From Spirochaetia bacterium (lineage in GTDB: Bacteria > Spirochaetota > Spirochaetia > SZUA-6 > Bin103): a stretch of DNA of 64,000 nt. The notes beneath the pieces were generated by a model that saw nothing but the letters and a program-made list of their open reading frames with translations, ran no database searches and was not told the origin of the DNA. Shown piece after piece: positions 46,906 to 55,988 of this stretch. Every line of letters starts with the position of its first letter. Position 1 is the first letter of the stretch. A program made the translations under genes and the position numbers. Where the stretch lies: assembly GCA_965203055.1 (NCBI GenBank), contig OZ241863.1, forward strand, positions 1 to 64,000, written 5' to 3'.

Positions 46906-47956
46906 CGCAACTCTCCAGGTGTGCAACGATTGATTTGCCAATAGCTTTCCCAAGCTTGACGGGAACTGCGTTGCCGATCAATCTAGCTACCGACGAAAAT
47001 CGAATCGGATTTCCATCTGGTACAAAGGAATAATCTTCGGGGAAGGTTTGAAGTAGCGCGCCCTCGCGCAAAGAAATGGCACGATCTTGCACAGGATGTC
47101 CAAACCGTCCGTTGCCGAACCCGTGGAACTGAGTTGTGAGCGTCGGAGCCGGTTGATCCCACTGCATGCGACCGTATACACTAGGATAGGTCTTGCCGGT
47201 AGCCTTCATGTGGCAGGCAGCGGGCAGTCCGTCGGTCCAGTCGCGCCAAGTTCCACCGGGTTTCGAATTCCTTATACGATCAAGGTTCTTTGGAGACAGA
47301 CTGCTGGCCTTATGTAGCGGATCTGATTCGCACACACTACCTGCTTCGATCTCGACGAGGTGTTGTATTGCATCTCTGACCGTAGCGAACTCGTTAGGAG
47401 ACCGAGTCGGAGGTATCATTTCGATTTCGCCGAGCCTGGAAGCCAAGAGCACCAACCGACGTCGCGCTTGAGGGACGCCGTATTCGGTACAGCGCACTAT
47501 TTTGTGCACAACTCTATATCGTGCCTTTTCGAGAGTCGTACGAAATTCGCGGAAGACTGTCGTCTTTTCCAAGAGCGGTACGTTTTCCATCGTGACTATC
47601 TCGGGTAGCAATGCTCTCACGATACGACCGAAATCAGAGAGTAGTTGCCATTGTGCATTTTGCTTCTTCTTCATCGAGTAGGCAGAAAACGGTTGACACG
47701 GGGCACATCCGGCCAGCACTCTTATGCAATCTGGTGGAAATTCGCGTGCCAATGACTCTGGCGAAATATCACTTACGTCACGTTCGTGGAAATCGGCTTT
47801 GACGTTGGTCTTAAACGGATACCTGCAAGCTGGATCAATGTCGATTCCGGCACCGATAGCTATTCCCGCTCGTTTCATTCCATAGGAGAGGCCCCCCACG
47901 CCGCAAAAGATATCGACTGCTACTGGTCGGCGAGAACGCGGCGTCTCGTCAGTCAA
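46895..47956 (-). CDS. dcm: C5-cytosine DNA methyltransferase
   Basis: DIFCGVGG (I), GCAPCQPFS (IV), MENV (VI), YGVPQARRR (VIII), REGALLQTFP (IX), IGNAVPV (X). Confidence 0.95.
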   Translation of the reverse strand: MTDETPRSRRPVAVDIFCGVGGLSYGMKRAGIAIGAGIDIDPACRYPFKTNVKADFHERDVSDISPESLAREFPPDCIRVLAGCAPCQPFSAYSMKKKQNAQWQLLSDFGRIVRALLPEIVTMENVPLLEKTTVFREFRTTLEKARYRVVHKIVRCTEYGVPQARRRLVLLASRLGEIEMIPPTRSPNEFATVRDAIQHLVEIEAGSVCESDPLHKASSLSPKNLDRIRNSKPGGTWRDWTDGLPAACHMKATGKTYPSVYGRMQWDQPAPTLTTQFHGFGNGRFGHPVQDRAISLREGALLQTFPEDYSFVPDGNPIRFSSVARLIGNAVPVKLGKAIGKSIVAHLESCDDR

Positions 47957-48599
47957 TCTCCAACTCCTGATGGGCGGGGCCGTTGGCGCCGGGGGCGTGG
48001 TGGTTCAGGAGGGCGTGCAGGGTGTCCGGCAGCCATTGGCGGGAGGTGTCCGGCCATGCCCGCGGAGCGAGCGCGGCGGTGAGCTCATGGAACGCGCGGT
48101 ACCGGTAATCGCTCCCCTCGGGAGTGGTGTAGACTTCGATCCGGCGGTCCACCAGGTTGACGATCCACAGCTCCGGGATGCCGGCCTGGGCGTAGAGCGG
48201 CAGCTTGAGCGCGGTGTCCTTGCGGAGCGAGCGGTCGGAGACCTCGACCAGCAGCAGCACGTCATGCGGCTGCGGATGATCCAGGTAGTTTCCTTCACGC
48301 AGCAGCATCACGTCGGGTTGCGGGAGCTCGGTGGCGTCGAGATCATCGGACAGGCGCAGCGGATGCTGGGCCGCGACCGCGGCGCGGCCATCGAAGGCCA
48401 CGACGAAGTTCCGCGTCAGCGCCGAGACGGCCCATGCGTGCGGCGGGTTGATGGTCATGCGGTAGATCCGGCCCCCCAGTAGTTCGATGCGCTCATCTTC
48501 GCCGATGGCGCCGGCCCGTTCCATTGCCAGCAGCTCGCGGAAGGTAAACGCGCGCAGCTCCCTGTCGACCGAAGTCATAGGTACGCGAGGCGTTCGCAT
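47949..48599 (-). CDS. Uma2 family endonuclease
   Basis: RIELLGG.I..M, PQPDV, LLVEVSD.SL.KD...KLPLYAQAGIPELWIVNL. Confidence 0.9.
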   Translation of the reverse strand: MRTPRVPMTSVDRELRAFTFRELLAMERAGAIGEDERIELLGGRIYRMTINPPHAWAVSALTRNFVVAFDGRAAVAAQHPLRLSDDLDATELPQPDVMLLREGNYLDHPQPHDVLLLVEVSDRSLRKDTALKLPLYAQAGIPELWIVNLVDRRIEVYTTPEGSDYRYRAFHELTAALAPRAWPDTSRQWLPDTLHALLNHHAPGANGPAHQELEID

Positions 48600-48688
48600 C
48601 GGTAGCCTGCACGCTACCGCCGGCGGCGCCGCGGGTCAATCGCGCCGTCGGCCCCACCCGGAGCGCAGGCGCATCGGACGGCGCCGTG

Positions 48689-49852
48689 TTACCGAATCAT
48701 CTTCGCCAAGTTCGGTATCAGCGCCGCCGGCAGTACGGTGATCCGGTCGTCCAGCGGATAGGTCTCGGCGCCCGGATACAGGACCCAGAGGTGGTCCAGC
48801 CCCAGGTCGGCCAGAGCGGCGTGCATCGAACGCGTCGCCCCGGGGGCGTCGGCGAGCTTGCACTCGAACCCGTGGCGCGCCCCGCGGCGGTCGATCAGCA
48901 GGTCCAGCTCGGCGCCGCCATGCGTAGCCCAGTAGTGCGGGTGGCCGGCATCGAGCGCGGCGAGCACCTGTTCGATGGCGAATCCTTCGAATGACGCGCC
49001 GACCTTGGGATGGCCGGCAAGCTCGTCCTCCTCGGTGAGTCCCAGCAGCGTATGGAGCAATCCCGCGTCGCGCAGATAGACCTTCGGCGCCTTCACCTGC
49101 CGCTTCTTGAGGTTCGCGAACCACGGCGGCAGCACCCGCACCATGAACACCCCGGCGAGAATGTCGAGATAGCGGCGCGCCGTCGCCTGCGTGGCGCCGA
49201 TCGCCCGCGCGAACTCGGCGCCGTTCCAGACCTGGCCGTGATAGTGGGCGATCATGGTCCAGAAGCGGCGCAGCGTCTCCGCCGGAACCGAGATGCCGAG
49301 CTGCGGGATGTCCCGCTCCAGGAAGGTGCGCACGAAGTTGTCGCGCCACAGCCCGGACGCCGCCAGGTCGGGCGCCAGATAGGAGCGGGGAAAGCCGCCG
49401 CGCAGCCACAGCTCGCGCCACGCCGCGCCGCCCACCTCGCCCAACTCGAATCCGGCCAGATCGACCAGCCCCACGCGCCCGGCGAGCGATTCGGAGACGC
49501 CCTTCACCAGCGCCGGCGAGGCGCTGCCGAGCAGCAGGAAGCGCGCCCGGTTGCGCGGCCGGTCCACCAGCACGCGCAACGTCTCGAACAGCGCCGGAAG
49601 GCGCTGGACTTCATCGATCACGACCAGATCCGCGAGGCGCCCGAGGGTCTGCTCCGGCGCCGTCAGGCGCCGGCGGTCGACGGCGGCCTCCAGGTCGAAG
49701 TAGGTGCTGCGCGGCGCCTGCGCCGCCAAGTGGCGCGCGAGCGTGGTCTTCCCGCACTGCCGCGGGCCGGTCAGAGCAACGATCGGATGCACCGAGAACG
49801 CCGCGCGAACGCGGGCGACCGGGCCGGGCCGGGAGATCATCGCCCTGAGCAT
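48689..49852 (-). CDS. AAA_14 + DUF4143 ATPase (ATPase-wHTH-PD-(D/E)xK)
   Basis: TGPRQCGKTT, IDEVQR, LLGSAS, RGGFP, FLERDI, VKAPKVY..DAG, ELDL...FECK. Start 49852 or 49840. Confidence 0.9.
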   Translation of the reverse strand: MLRAMISRPGPVARVRAAFSVHPIVALTGPRQCGKTTLARHLAAQAPRSTYFDLEAAVDRRRLTAPEQTLGRLADLVVIDEVQRLPALFETLRVLVDRPRNRARFLLLGSASPALVKGVSESLAGRVGLVDLAGFELGEVGGAAWRELWLRGGFPRSYLAPDLAASGLWRDNFVRTFLERDIPQLGISVPAETLRRFWTMIAHYHGQVWNGAEFARAIGATQATARRYLDILAGVFMVRVLPPWFANLKKRQVKAPKVYLRDAGLLHTLLGLTEEDELAGHPKVGASFEGFAIEQVLAALDAGHPHYWATHGGAELDLLIDRRGARHGFECKLADAPGATRSMHAALADLGLDHLWVLYPGAETYPLDDRITVLPAALIPNLAKMIR

Positions 49853-49856
49853 GATC

Positions 49857-49891
49857 CTTGAAAATCGATAGGTCAACTACCGATTTTCAAG
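49857..49891. promoter_or_regulatory. AT-rich inverted repeat (operator candidate) immediately upstream of the DUF4143 ATPase
   Basis: CTTGAAAATCGaTAG-gtcaa-CTAcCGATTTTCAAG; 14 of 15 arm positions are complementary. Confidence 0.65.
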
Positions 49892-49987
49892 AAAGTCTCA
49901 CCGCACCGGCCCCGTCGTTAGCCGGTGTGTGACGCAGGCTTGCACGCAGCTGCCGCCTCGTCCACTATTCGCCCGGAGAGGTCAGCG

Positions 49988-50911
49988 ATGAACAAGGCAA
50001 CCAATTCCGAGGTCCGCGAACGGATAGCGCGCGCGCTCGCCCCCTCCCCGGAGAGCGACGGGAAGATACACGCCGGTGCGGAGGGCGCGCTGGCGATAGG
50101 CATGCAGCAGGGTCCGCGCGACGAGCAGCAGGACTGTGGCGCGGCGCTGGCCTGGGTCCATTACCTGTCTCCGTGGTGCGCGGCCGTGATCGCGGACGGC
50201 ATGGGAGGCATGGAGGATGGCGGCTGGGCGAGCCGGGAAGCGGTGAGCATCTTCGTCGAGACCTGCCTCTTCGGCGACCTCGACACGCCGCGCGACGTGC
50301 TGGCGGAGACGCTGCTGCGCGCGCAGCGCGAGGTGCTGAAGGCCCTCAACGGCGCGGGCGGGACCACCTTGACCGCGGCCGTGTGGAGCGACCGGAGCGG
50401 GATGCTGATCCATACCGGAGACACGCGCGCGCATCTGATTGAACCGGGGCGTCCGTTTCGCTGCCTCACCACCGATCACACCGAGGCCGGGCTTGAAGAA
50501 GCGCTCGAGCGCTTGAACGCCGGCGGAGCGCCGGACGAGCAGTACCGGCCGACCGCGCCGGACAGCAGCCTGGTGGACGCGATCGGCATCCGCGAAGGGG
50601 TGCTCGCCGAACGCCACGTACTGCACACGCCGCCCGCCGGCCGCTGCGTCATGACGACCGACGGCGCGCATGATCCGATCCGCGCGGCAGGAGCGGCCGC
50701 CTTCGCCGCGGAGGGCGGCGGGCAGTGGACGGCGCAACGGAGCGTCGAGGCGCTCTGGGAACGGCTTGCCGGCGCGAAGCTGACGGACAATGCGGCCGTC
50801 GTGGCGCTGGAGCCGGGACGGGCGCTGCAGTGGACGGAGCGGGAGTTCCGCTTCGGCGACGTGCTGTTGGTGGCTCCGAACGGGACGCTGCGCGAGAAGC
50901 TGGAGGGATGA
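49988..50911 (+). CDS. PP2C-family Ser/Thr phosphatase-like protein
   Basis: RDEQQD, IADGMGG, GGTTL, HTGDTRA, LTTDH, TTDG, DNAAVV. Confidence 0.82.
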   Translation: MNKATNSEVRERIARALAPSPESDGKIHAGAEGALAIGMQQGPRDEQQDCGAALAWVHYLSPWCAAVIADGMGGMEDGGWASREAVSIFVETCLFGDLDTPRDVLAETLLRAQREVLKALNGAGGTTLTAAVWSDRSGMLIHTGDTRAHLIEPGRPFRCLTTDHTEAGLEEALERLNAGGAPDEQYRPTAPDSSLVDAIGIREGVLAERHVLHTPPAGRCVMTTDGAHDPIRAAGAAAFAAEGGGQWTAQRSVEALWERLAGAKLTDNAAVVALEPGRALQWTEREFRFGDVLLVAPNGTLREKLEG

Positions 50912-50971
50912 ACCCGCCCGCCGGCCTGGCGCCCGCAGCGGGGCCGGGCGGCGCCGGCGTCCGGTGAGCCG

Positions 50972-52519
50972 ATGACCGCGCGCCGGTTGCCGCTGGGGAT
51001 GCAGACCTTCCGCGAGCTGCGGGAGGAAAATTGCTATTACGTGGACAAGACGGCCTACGTCGAACGGCTGCTCAAGGAGGGGAAGTACTACTTTCTGTCG
51101 CGTCCCCGGCGCTTCGGCAAGAGCCTGTTCCTGGACACGCTGAAGGAGCTGTTCGAGGGCAACGAGGCGTTGTTCGAAGGGCTCCACATCCACCGTCATC
51201 GGGACTGGTCGCTGCGCCATCCGGTAGTGCGGCTGAGCTTCGCCGGCGGCAGCTTCAAGCAACCCGGGTACGTGAACACCAACGTGATGGCGCAGTTGGA
51301 CGGCGCCGCGGAGGCGGCCGGCGTGGGATCACGCTACGACACGGCCCCGGAGCGGCTCGGCCACCTGCTCGGGACGCTGCACCGGCACGCCGGGCAGCGG
51401 GTGGCGGTGCTGGTGGACGAGTACGACAAGCCGATCCTGGACGCGCTGGAGACGCCGGAGGTGGCGCGCGCCAACCGCGACTACCTGCGCGGCCTGTACG
51501 GGGTGATCAAGGACCGCGACGCCGACGTGCACTTCACCTTCCTGACCGGGGTGAGCAAGTTCTCCAAGGTGAGTCTGTTCTCCGACCTGAACAACCTCAC
51601 CGACATCACGCTGGATCGGCGCTACTCGGCGATCTGCGGCTACACCGAGGAGGACCTGGACGCGGTGTTCGCCCCGGAACTCCCCGGTCTGGACCGGGAG
51701 CGCATCCGCGAGTGGTACAACGGCTACCGCTGGGGCGGCGAAGAAAAGGTGTACAACCCGTACGCGGTGCTGCTGTTGTTCGACCGCCGCGAATTCCGGG
51801 CGCATTGGTTCGAGAGCGGAACCCCGGCGTTCCTGGTGGAGACGTTGTTCAAGCGGCGCGTCTCCTCGGTGTCACTGGGCGGGATGGCAGGCACCGAGGA
51901 GCTGCTGTCGGCGTTCGACGTGGACCGGATCGGGACCGAGGCGCTGCTGTTCCAGACCGGCTACCTGACGATCGCCGCGGAAGAGGAGCTGGGCGGGCTG
52001 CCGCTGTATCGGCTGGACTATCCGAACCGGGAGGTGCGGCAGGGTCTGCACCGGGCGCTGCTGCGGCAGTTGGTGCAGGACGACGCCCGGCAGACGGCGA
52101 ACAGCATGCGCCTGGCGCGGCTGCTGGAGGCGCGCGACTGGGCGGGGTTGAAGGAGTTGTTCCACGCCTTCTTCGCCGGCATCCCGTACCAGTGGTACGC
52201 CAACAACGACATTGCGCAGTACGAGGGGTACTACGCGAGCGTGTTCTACTCCTACTTCGCGGCGTTGGGGTATGAGATGACGGTGGAGGAGTCGAGCAAT
52301 CAGGGGCGGCTGGACATGGCGGTGCGGAGCGGGGGGCAGGTGTACCTGTTCGAGTTCAAGGTGGTGGAGGTGGCGCCGGCGGGGTCGGCGCTGGCGCAGT
52401 TGCGGGAGCGGGACTACGCGGCGAAGTACCGGGGTCGGGGGGAGCCGATCCACCTGCTCGGAGTGGAGTTCAGCCGCGAGACGCGCAACCTGACCGCCTT
52501 CGAGGTGGCCGCCGGTTGA
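50972..52519 (+). CDS. AAA-ATPase-like + PD-(D/E)xK nuclease protein, copy 1
   Basis: LPLGMQTF, YYVDKT, SRPRRFGKSL, LVDEYDKP, LTGVSKFSK, LLFQTGYLTI, GRLDM...FEFK (PF09820/PF08011-type architecture, from recall). Confidence 0.9.
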   Translation: MTARRLPLGMQTFRELREENCYYVDKTAYVERLLKEGKYYFLSRPRRFGKSLFLDTLKELFEGNEALFEGLHIHRHRDWSLRHPVVRLSFAGGSFKQPGYVNTNVMAQLDGAAEAAGVGSRYDTAPERLGHLLGTLHRHAGQRVAVLVDEYDKPILDALETPEVARANRDYLRGLYGVIKDRDADVHFTFLTGVSKFSKVSLFSDLNNLTDITLDRRYSAICGYTEEDLDAVFAPELPGLDRERIREWYNGYRWGGEEKVYNPYAVLLLFDRREFRAHWFESGTPAFLVETLFKRRVSSVSLGGMAGTEELLSAFDVDRIGTEALLFQTGYLTIAAEEELGGLPLYRLDYPNREVRQGLHRALLRQLVQDDARQTANSMRLARLLEARDWAGLKELFHAFFAGIPYQWYANNDIAQYEGYYASVFYSYFAALGYEMTVEESSNQGRLDMAVRSGGQVYLFEFKVVEVAPAGSALAQLRERDYAAKYRGRGEPIHLLGVEFSRETRNLTAFEVAAG

Positions 52520-52533
52520 CGGCGGGTGAGTCG

Positions 52534-54081
52534 ATGACCGCGCGCCGGTTGCCGCTGGGGATGCAGACCTTCCGCGAGCTGCGGGAGGAAAATTGCTACT
52601 ACGTGGACAAGACGGCCTACGTCGAACGGCTGCTCAAGGAGGGGAAGTACTACTTCCTGTCGCGCCCCCGGCGCTTCGGCAAGAGCCTGTTCCTGGACAC
52701 GCTGAAGGAGCTGTTCGAGGGCAGCGAGGAGCTGTTCGAGGGCCTCCACATCCACGGCCGCCGGGACTGGTCGCTGCGCCGCCCGGTGGTGCGGCTGAGC
52801 TTCGCCGGCGGCAGCTTCAAGCAGCCGGAGCTGCTGGAAGACAACGTCATGGAACAGCTCGCGGCCGTGGAACGGCGCCACGGGGTGGAGGCGAGCTACC
52901 GCACCGCGCCGGGCCGCTTCGCATACCTGCTGGAAGCCCTGCGAGAAGGCACCGGGCAGCGGGTGGCGGTGCTGGTGGACGAGTACGACAAGCCGATCCT
53001 GGACGCGCTGGAGACGCCGGAGGTGGCGCGCGCCAACCGCGACTACCTGCGCGGCCTGTACGGGGTGATCAAGGACCGCGACGCCGACGTGCACTTCACC
53101 TTCCTGACCGGGGTGAGCAAGTTCTCCAAGGTGAGCCTGTTCTCCGACCTGAACAACCTCACCGACATCACCCTGGATCGGCGCTACTCGGCGATCTGCG
53201 GCTACACCGAGGAGGACCTGGATACGGTGTTCGCGCCGGAACTCCCCGGCCTGGACCGGGAGCGCATCCGCGAGTGGTACAACGGCTACCGCTGGGGCGG
53301 CGAAGAAAAGGTGTACAACCCGTACGCCGCGCTGCTGTTGTTCGACCGCCGCGAATTCAGGGCGCATTGGTTCGAGAGCGGAACCCCGGCGTTCCTGGTG
53401 GAGACGTTGTTCAAGCGGCGCGTCTCCTCGGTGTCCCTGGGCGGGATGGCAGGTACCGAGGAGCTGCTGTCGGCGTTCGACGTGGACCGGATCGGGACCG
53501 AGGCGCTGCTGTTCCAGACCGGCTACCTGACGATCGCCGCGGAAGAGGAGCTGGGCGGGCTGCCGCTGTATCGGCTGGGCTATCCGAACCGGGAGGTGCG
53601 GCAGGGTCTGCACCGGGCGCTGCTGCGGCAGTTGGTGCAGGACGACGCCCGGCAGACGGCGAACAGCATGCGCCTGGCGCGGCTGCTGGAGGCGCGCGAC
53701 TGGGCGGGGTTGAAGGAGTTGTTCCACGCCTTCTTCGCCGGCATCCCGTACCAGTGGTACGCCAACAACGACATTGCGCAGTACGAGGGGTACTACGCGA
53801 GCGTGTTCTACTCCTACTTCGCGGCGTTGGGGTATGAGATGACGGTGGAGGAGTCGAGCAACCAGGGGCGGCTGGACATGGCGGTGAGGAGCGGGGGGCA
53901 GGTGTACCTGTTCGAGTTCAAGGTGGTGGAGGTGGCGCCGGCGGGGTCGGCGCTGGCGCAGTTGCGGGAGCGGGACTACGCGGCGAAGTACCGGGGCCTG
54001 GGGGAGCCGATCCACCTGCTCGGAGTGGAGTTCAGCCGCGAGACGCGCAACCTGACCGCCTTCGAGGTGGCGCCCGGCTGA
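52534..54081 (+). CDS. AAA-ATPase-like + PD-(D/E)xK nuclease protein, copy 2 (tandem paralogue)
   Basis: Same length (515 aa from ATG 52534) and near-identical to copy 1 except around aa 64-140. Confidence 0.9.
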   Translation: MTARRLPLGMQTFRELREENCYYVDKTAYVERLLKEGKYYFLSRPRRFGKSLFLDTLKELFEGSEELFEGLHIHGRRDWSLRRPVVRLSFAGGSFKQPELLEDNVMEQLAAVERRHGVEASYRTAPGRFAYLLEALREGTGQRVAVLVDEYDKPILDALETPEVARANRDYLRGLYGVIKDRDADVHFTFLTGVSKFSKVSLFSDLNNLTDITLDRRYSAICGYTEEDLDTVFAPELPGLDRERIREWYNGYRWGGEEKVYNPYAALLLFDRREFRAHWFESGTPAFLVETLFKRRVSSVSLGGMAGTEELLSAFDVDRIGTEALLFQTGYLTIAAEEELGGLPLYRLGYPNREVRQGLHRALLRQLVQDDARQTANSMRLARLLEARDWAGLKELFHAFFAGIPYQWYANNDIAQYEGYYASVFYSYFAALGYEMTVEESSNQGRLDMAVRSGGQVYLFEFKVVEVAPAGSALAQLRERDYAAKYRGLGEPIHLLGVEFSRETRNLTAFEVAPG

Positions 54082-54182
54082 CCATCCGCTCTGCGCCGCC
54101 CGAACTCTCCGGGGCTGCCGCAAGACAGCTTGCCGGAGCATGCGCTATCATGGCGCAACACTCAGTCCAAGGTGGTTTCCCA

Positions 54183-55973
54183 ATGCAGAGAATCCTGGCC
54201 ATTCTGATCGTCGGCGCCGCGGCCCTTGGCGCCTGGGCCGGCCCCGAGGTGGAGATCGAACCCGCCGCCGAAGCCGCGCCGGCGACCAGCCCGATCGACC
54301 GGCTGGCGCCGATCGACCATTCCGCGTGGGAGCAGGGCAAGCCCGGCGGGCGCTTCGTCCTGGCCAACATCTCCGACCCCAAGACCTTCAACCCGGTATT
54401 GGCCAAGGAGACCTCGACCACCGACATCACCGACCGCATGTTCGCCGGCGCGGTGCGGCGCAACCAGCTCACCCTGGAGTGGGAGCCGGACCTGGCCGAG
54501 CGCTGGGAGATCTCGGAGGACCAGCAGACGATCACGCTCCACCTGCGCGCCGGCCTGACCTGGTCGGACGGCGCGCCGCTTACCGCCGCCGACGTCGTCT
54601 GGACCGTCAACGAGATCATCATGAACGAGGAGGTCGAGACCGACGACCGCGACGCGCTGTTGATCGGCGGCGAATACGCCCGCTTCGAGCTGATCGACGA
54701 GCTGACCTACCGCGTGGCGCTGCCGTCGGTGTACGCCGGCATCTTCGAAGTCGCCGCGGCCGCGCCGCTGCCGCGGCACGTGTTCGAACCGCTGATCGCC
54801 GCGCAGGGCGCGGCCGCGGTCAACTCCTTCTGGGGGGTCGATACCGACGTGACCGCCATCGTCGGCAGCGGCCCGTTCCTGCTCAGCGAGTACCTGCCCA
54901 GCCAGCGCGTGGTAATGACGCCCAACCCGCACTATTACGAACGGGACGAGTGGGGGCGGCAGCTTCCCTACCTGGACGAGCTGGTAATCGAATTCGTCGA
55001 GGACCAGGACACCGGCCTGGCCAAGTTCATCGCCGGCGAGACCGACTTCTGGGGGCTGCGCGGCGAAGACTACGGCGTCCTGGCGGAGCGGCAGGAAGCC
55101 GACGACTTTCTGATCTACAACGTCGGCCCGGCCGCCAGCACGCAGTTCATCACCTTCAACCAGAACCCGCTCGAGGGCGCCGACGACGGCGGCATTGAGC
55201 CGCCCGCGCTCACCTGGCTGTCCAACAGGAGCTTCCGCCAGGCGATGGCGCATCTGATCGACCGCCAGACCATCATCAACAACATCGCCTTCGGCTTCGG
55301 CTATCCGCAGTACTCCTTCGTGTGGAGCGTGTCGCCCTACTACTGGCAGGGCGCCGCCGAGGCCGCGTTCAAGTACGACCCGCAGCGCGCCAAGGAGCTG
55401 CTGGACGCGCTCGACTACGTCGACCGCGACGGCGACGGCGTGCGCGAGGACCCGGACGGCAACCCGATTTCGCTGATCCTCAACACCAACTCCGGCAACA
55501 CGGTGCGCGAGCAGATCGGCGAGCTGTTCAGCCAGGAGGCGCAGGCGGTCGGCATCGACGTCACCTTCAAGCCGGAGGCGTTCAACGAGCTGGTGACCCG
55601 ACTGGTCTCCTCCTTCGACTGGCAGATGATCCTGATCGGCCTGACCGGATCGGTCGACCCGGTGTCGGGCGCCAACGTCTATCCGTCGCACGGCGGCCTG
55701 CACATGATCGAGCCCAACCAGGAGTCGCCGCGCCGCGCCTGGGAGGCCGCGGTGGACGCTGCCTGGGACGAGGCCAACCTGACCACTGACGAGGCGCAGC
55801 GCGTGCGCGGCTACCGCAAGCTGCAGGAGATCTGGATCGAAGAGGTGCCCTGGGCGTACACCTTCAACGCCGCGGTGATGCACGCCTACCGCAACACCTT
55901 CGGCAACCTCAAGCCGCACCCGATCAACGACTATAGCTGGGACGGCATCGCCCATCGGCTCTACGTAAAGTAG
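54183..55973 (+). CDS. Peptide ABC substrate-binding protein (SBP family 5)
   Basis: Signal peptide, SDPKTFNP, PDLAERWEIS, WSDGAPLTAADV, FRQAMAHLIDR, DRDGDGVRED. Confidence 0.92.
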   Translation: MQRILAILIVGAAALGAWAGPEVEIEPAAEAAPATSPIDRLAPIDHSAWEQGKPGGRFVLANISDPKTFNPVLAKETSTTDITDRMFAGAVRRNQLTLEWEPDLAERWEISEDQQTITLHLRAGLTWSDGAPLTAADVVWTVNEIIMNEEVETDDRDALLIGGEYARFELIDELTYRVALPSVYAGIFEVAAAAPLPRHVFEPLIAAQGAAAVNSFWGVDTDVTAIVGSGPFLLSEYLPSQRVVMTPNPHYYERDEWGRQLPYLDELVIEFVEDQDTGLAKFIAGETDFWGLRGEDYGVLAERQEADDFLIYNVGPAASTQFITFNQNPLEGADDGGIEPPALTWLSNRSFRQAMAHLIDRQTIINNIAFGFGYPQYSFVWSVSPYYWQGAAEAAFKYDPQRAKELLDALDYVDRDGDGVREDPDGNPISLILNTNSGNTVREQIGELFSQEAQAVGIDVTFKPEAFNELVTRLVSSFDWQMILIGLTGSVDPVSGANVYPSHGGLHMIEPNQESPRRAWEAAVDAAWDEANLTTDEAQRVRGYRKLQEIWIEEVPWAYTFNAAVMHAYRNTFGNLKPHPINDYSWDGIAHRLYVK

Positions 55974-55988
55974 CTCAGGGGGCCGGGC

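Noticed and set aside
50972..54081. Tandem paralogues as a DGR template/variable repeat pair
   Set aside because: No reverse transcriptase in the window; the differences are not adenine-specific; both copies are full ORFs.
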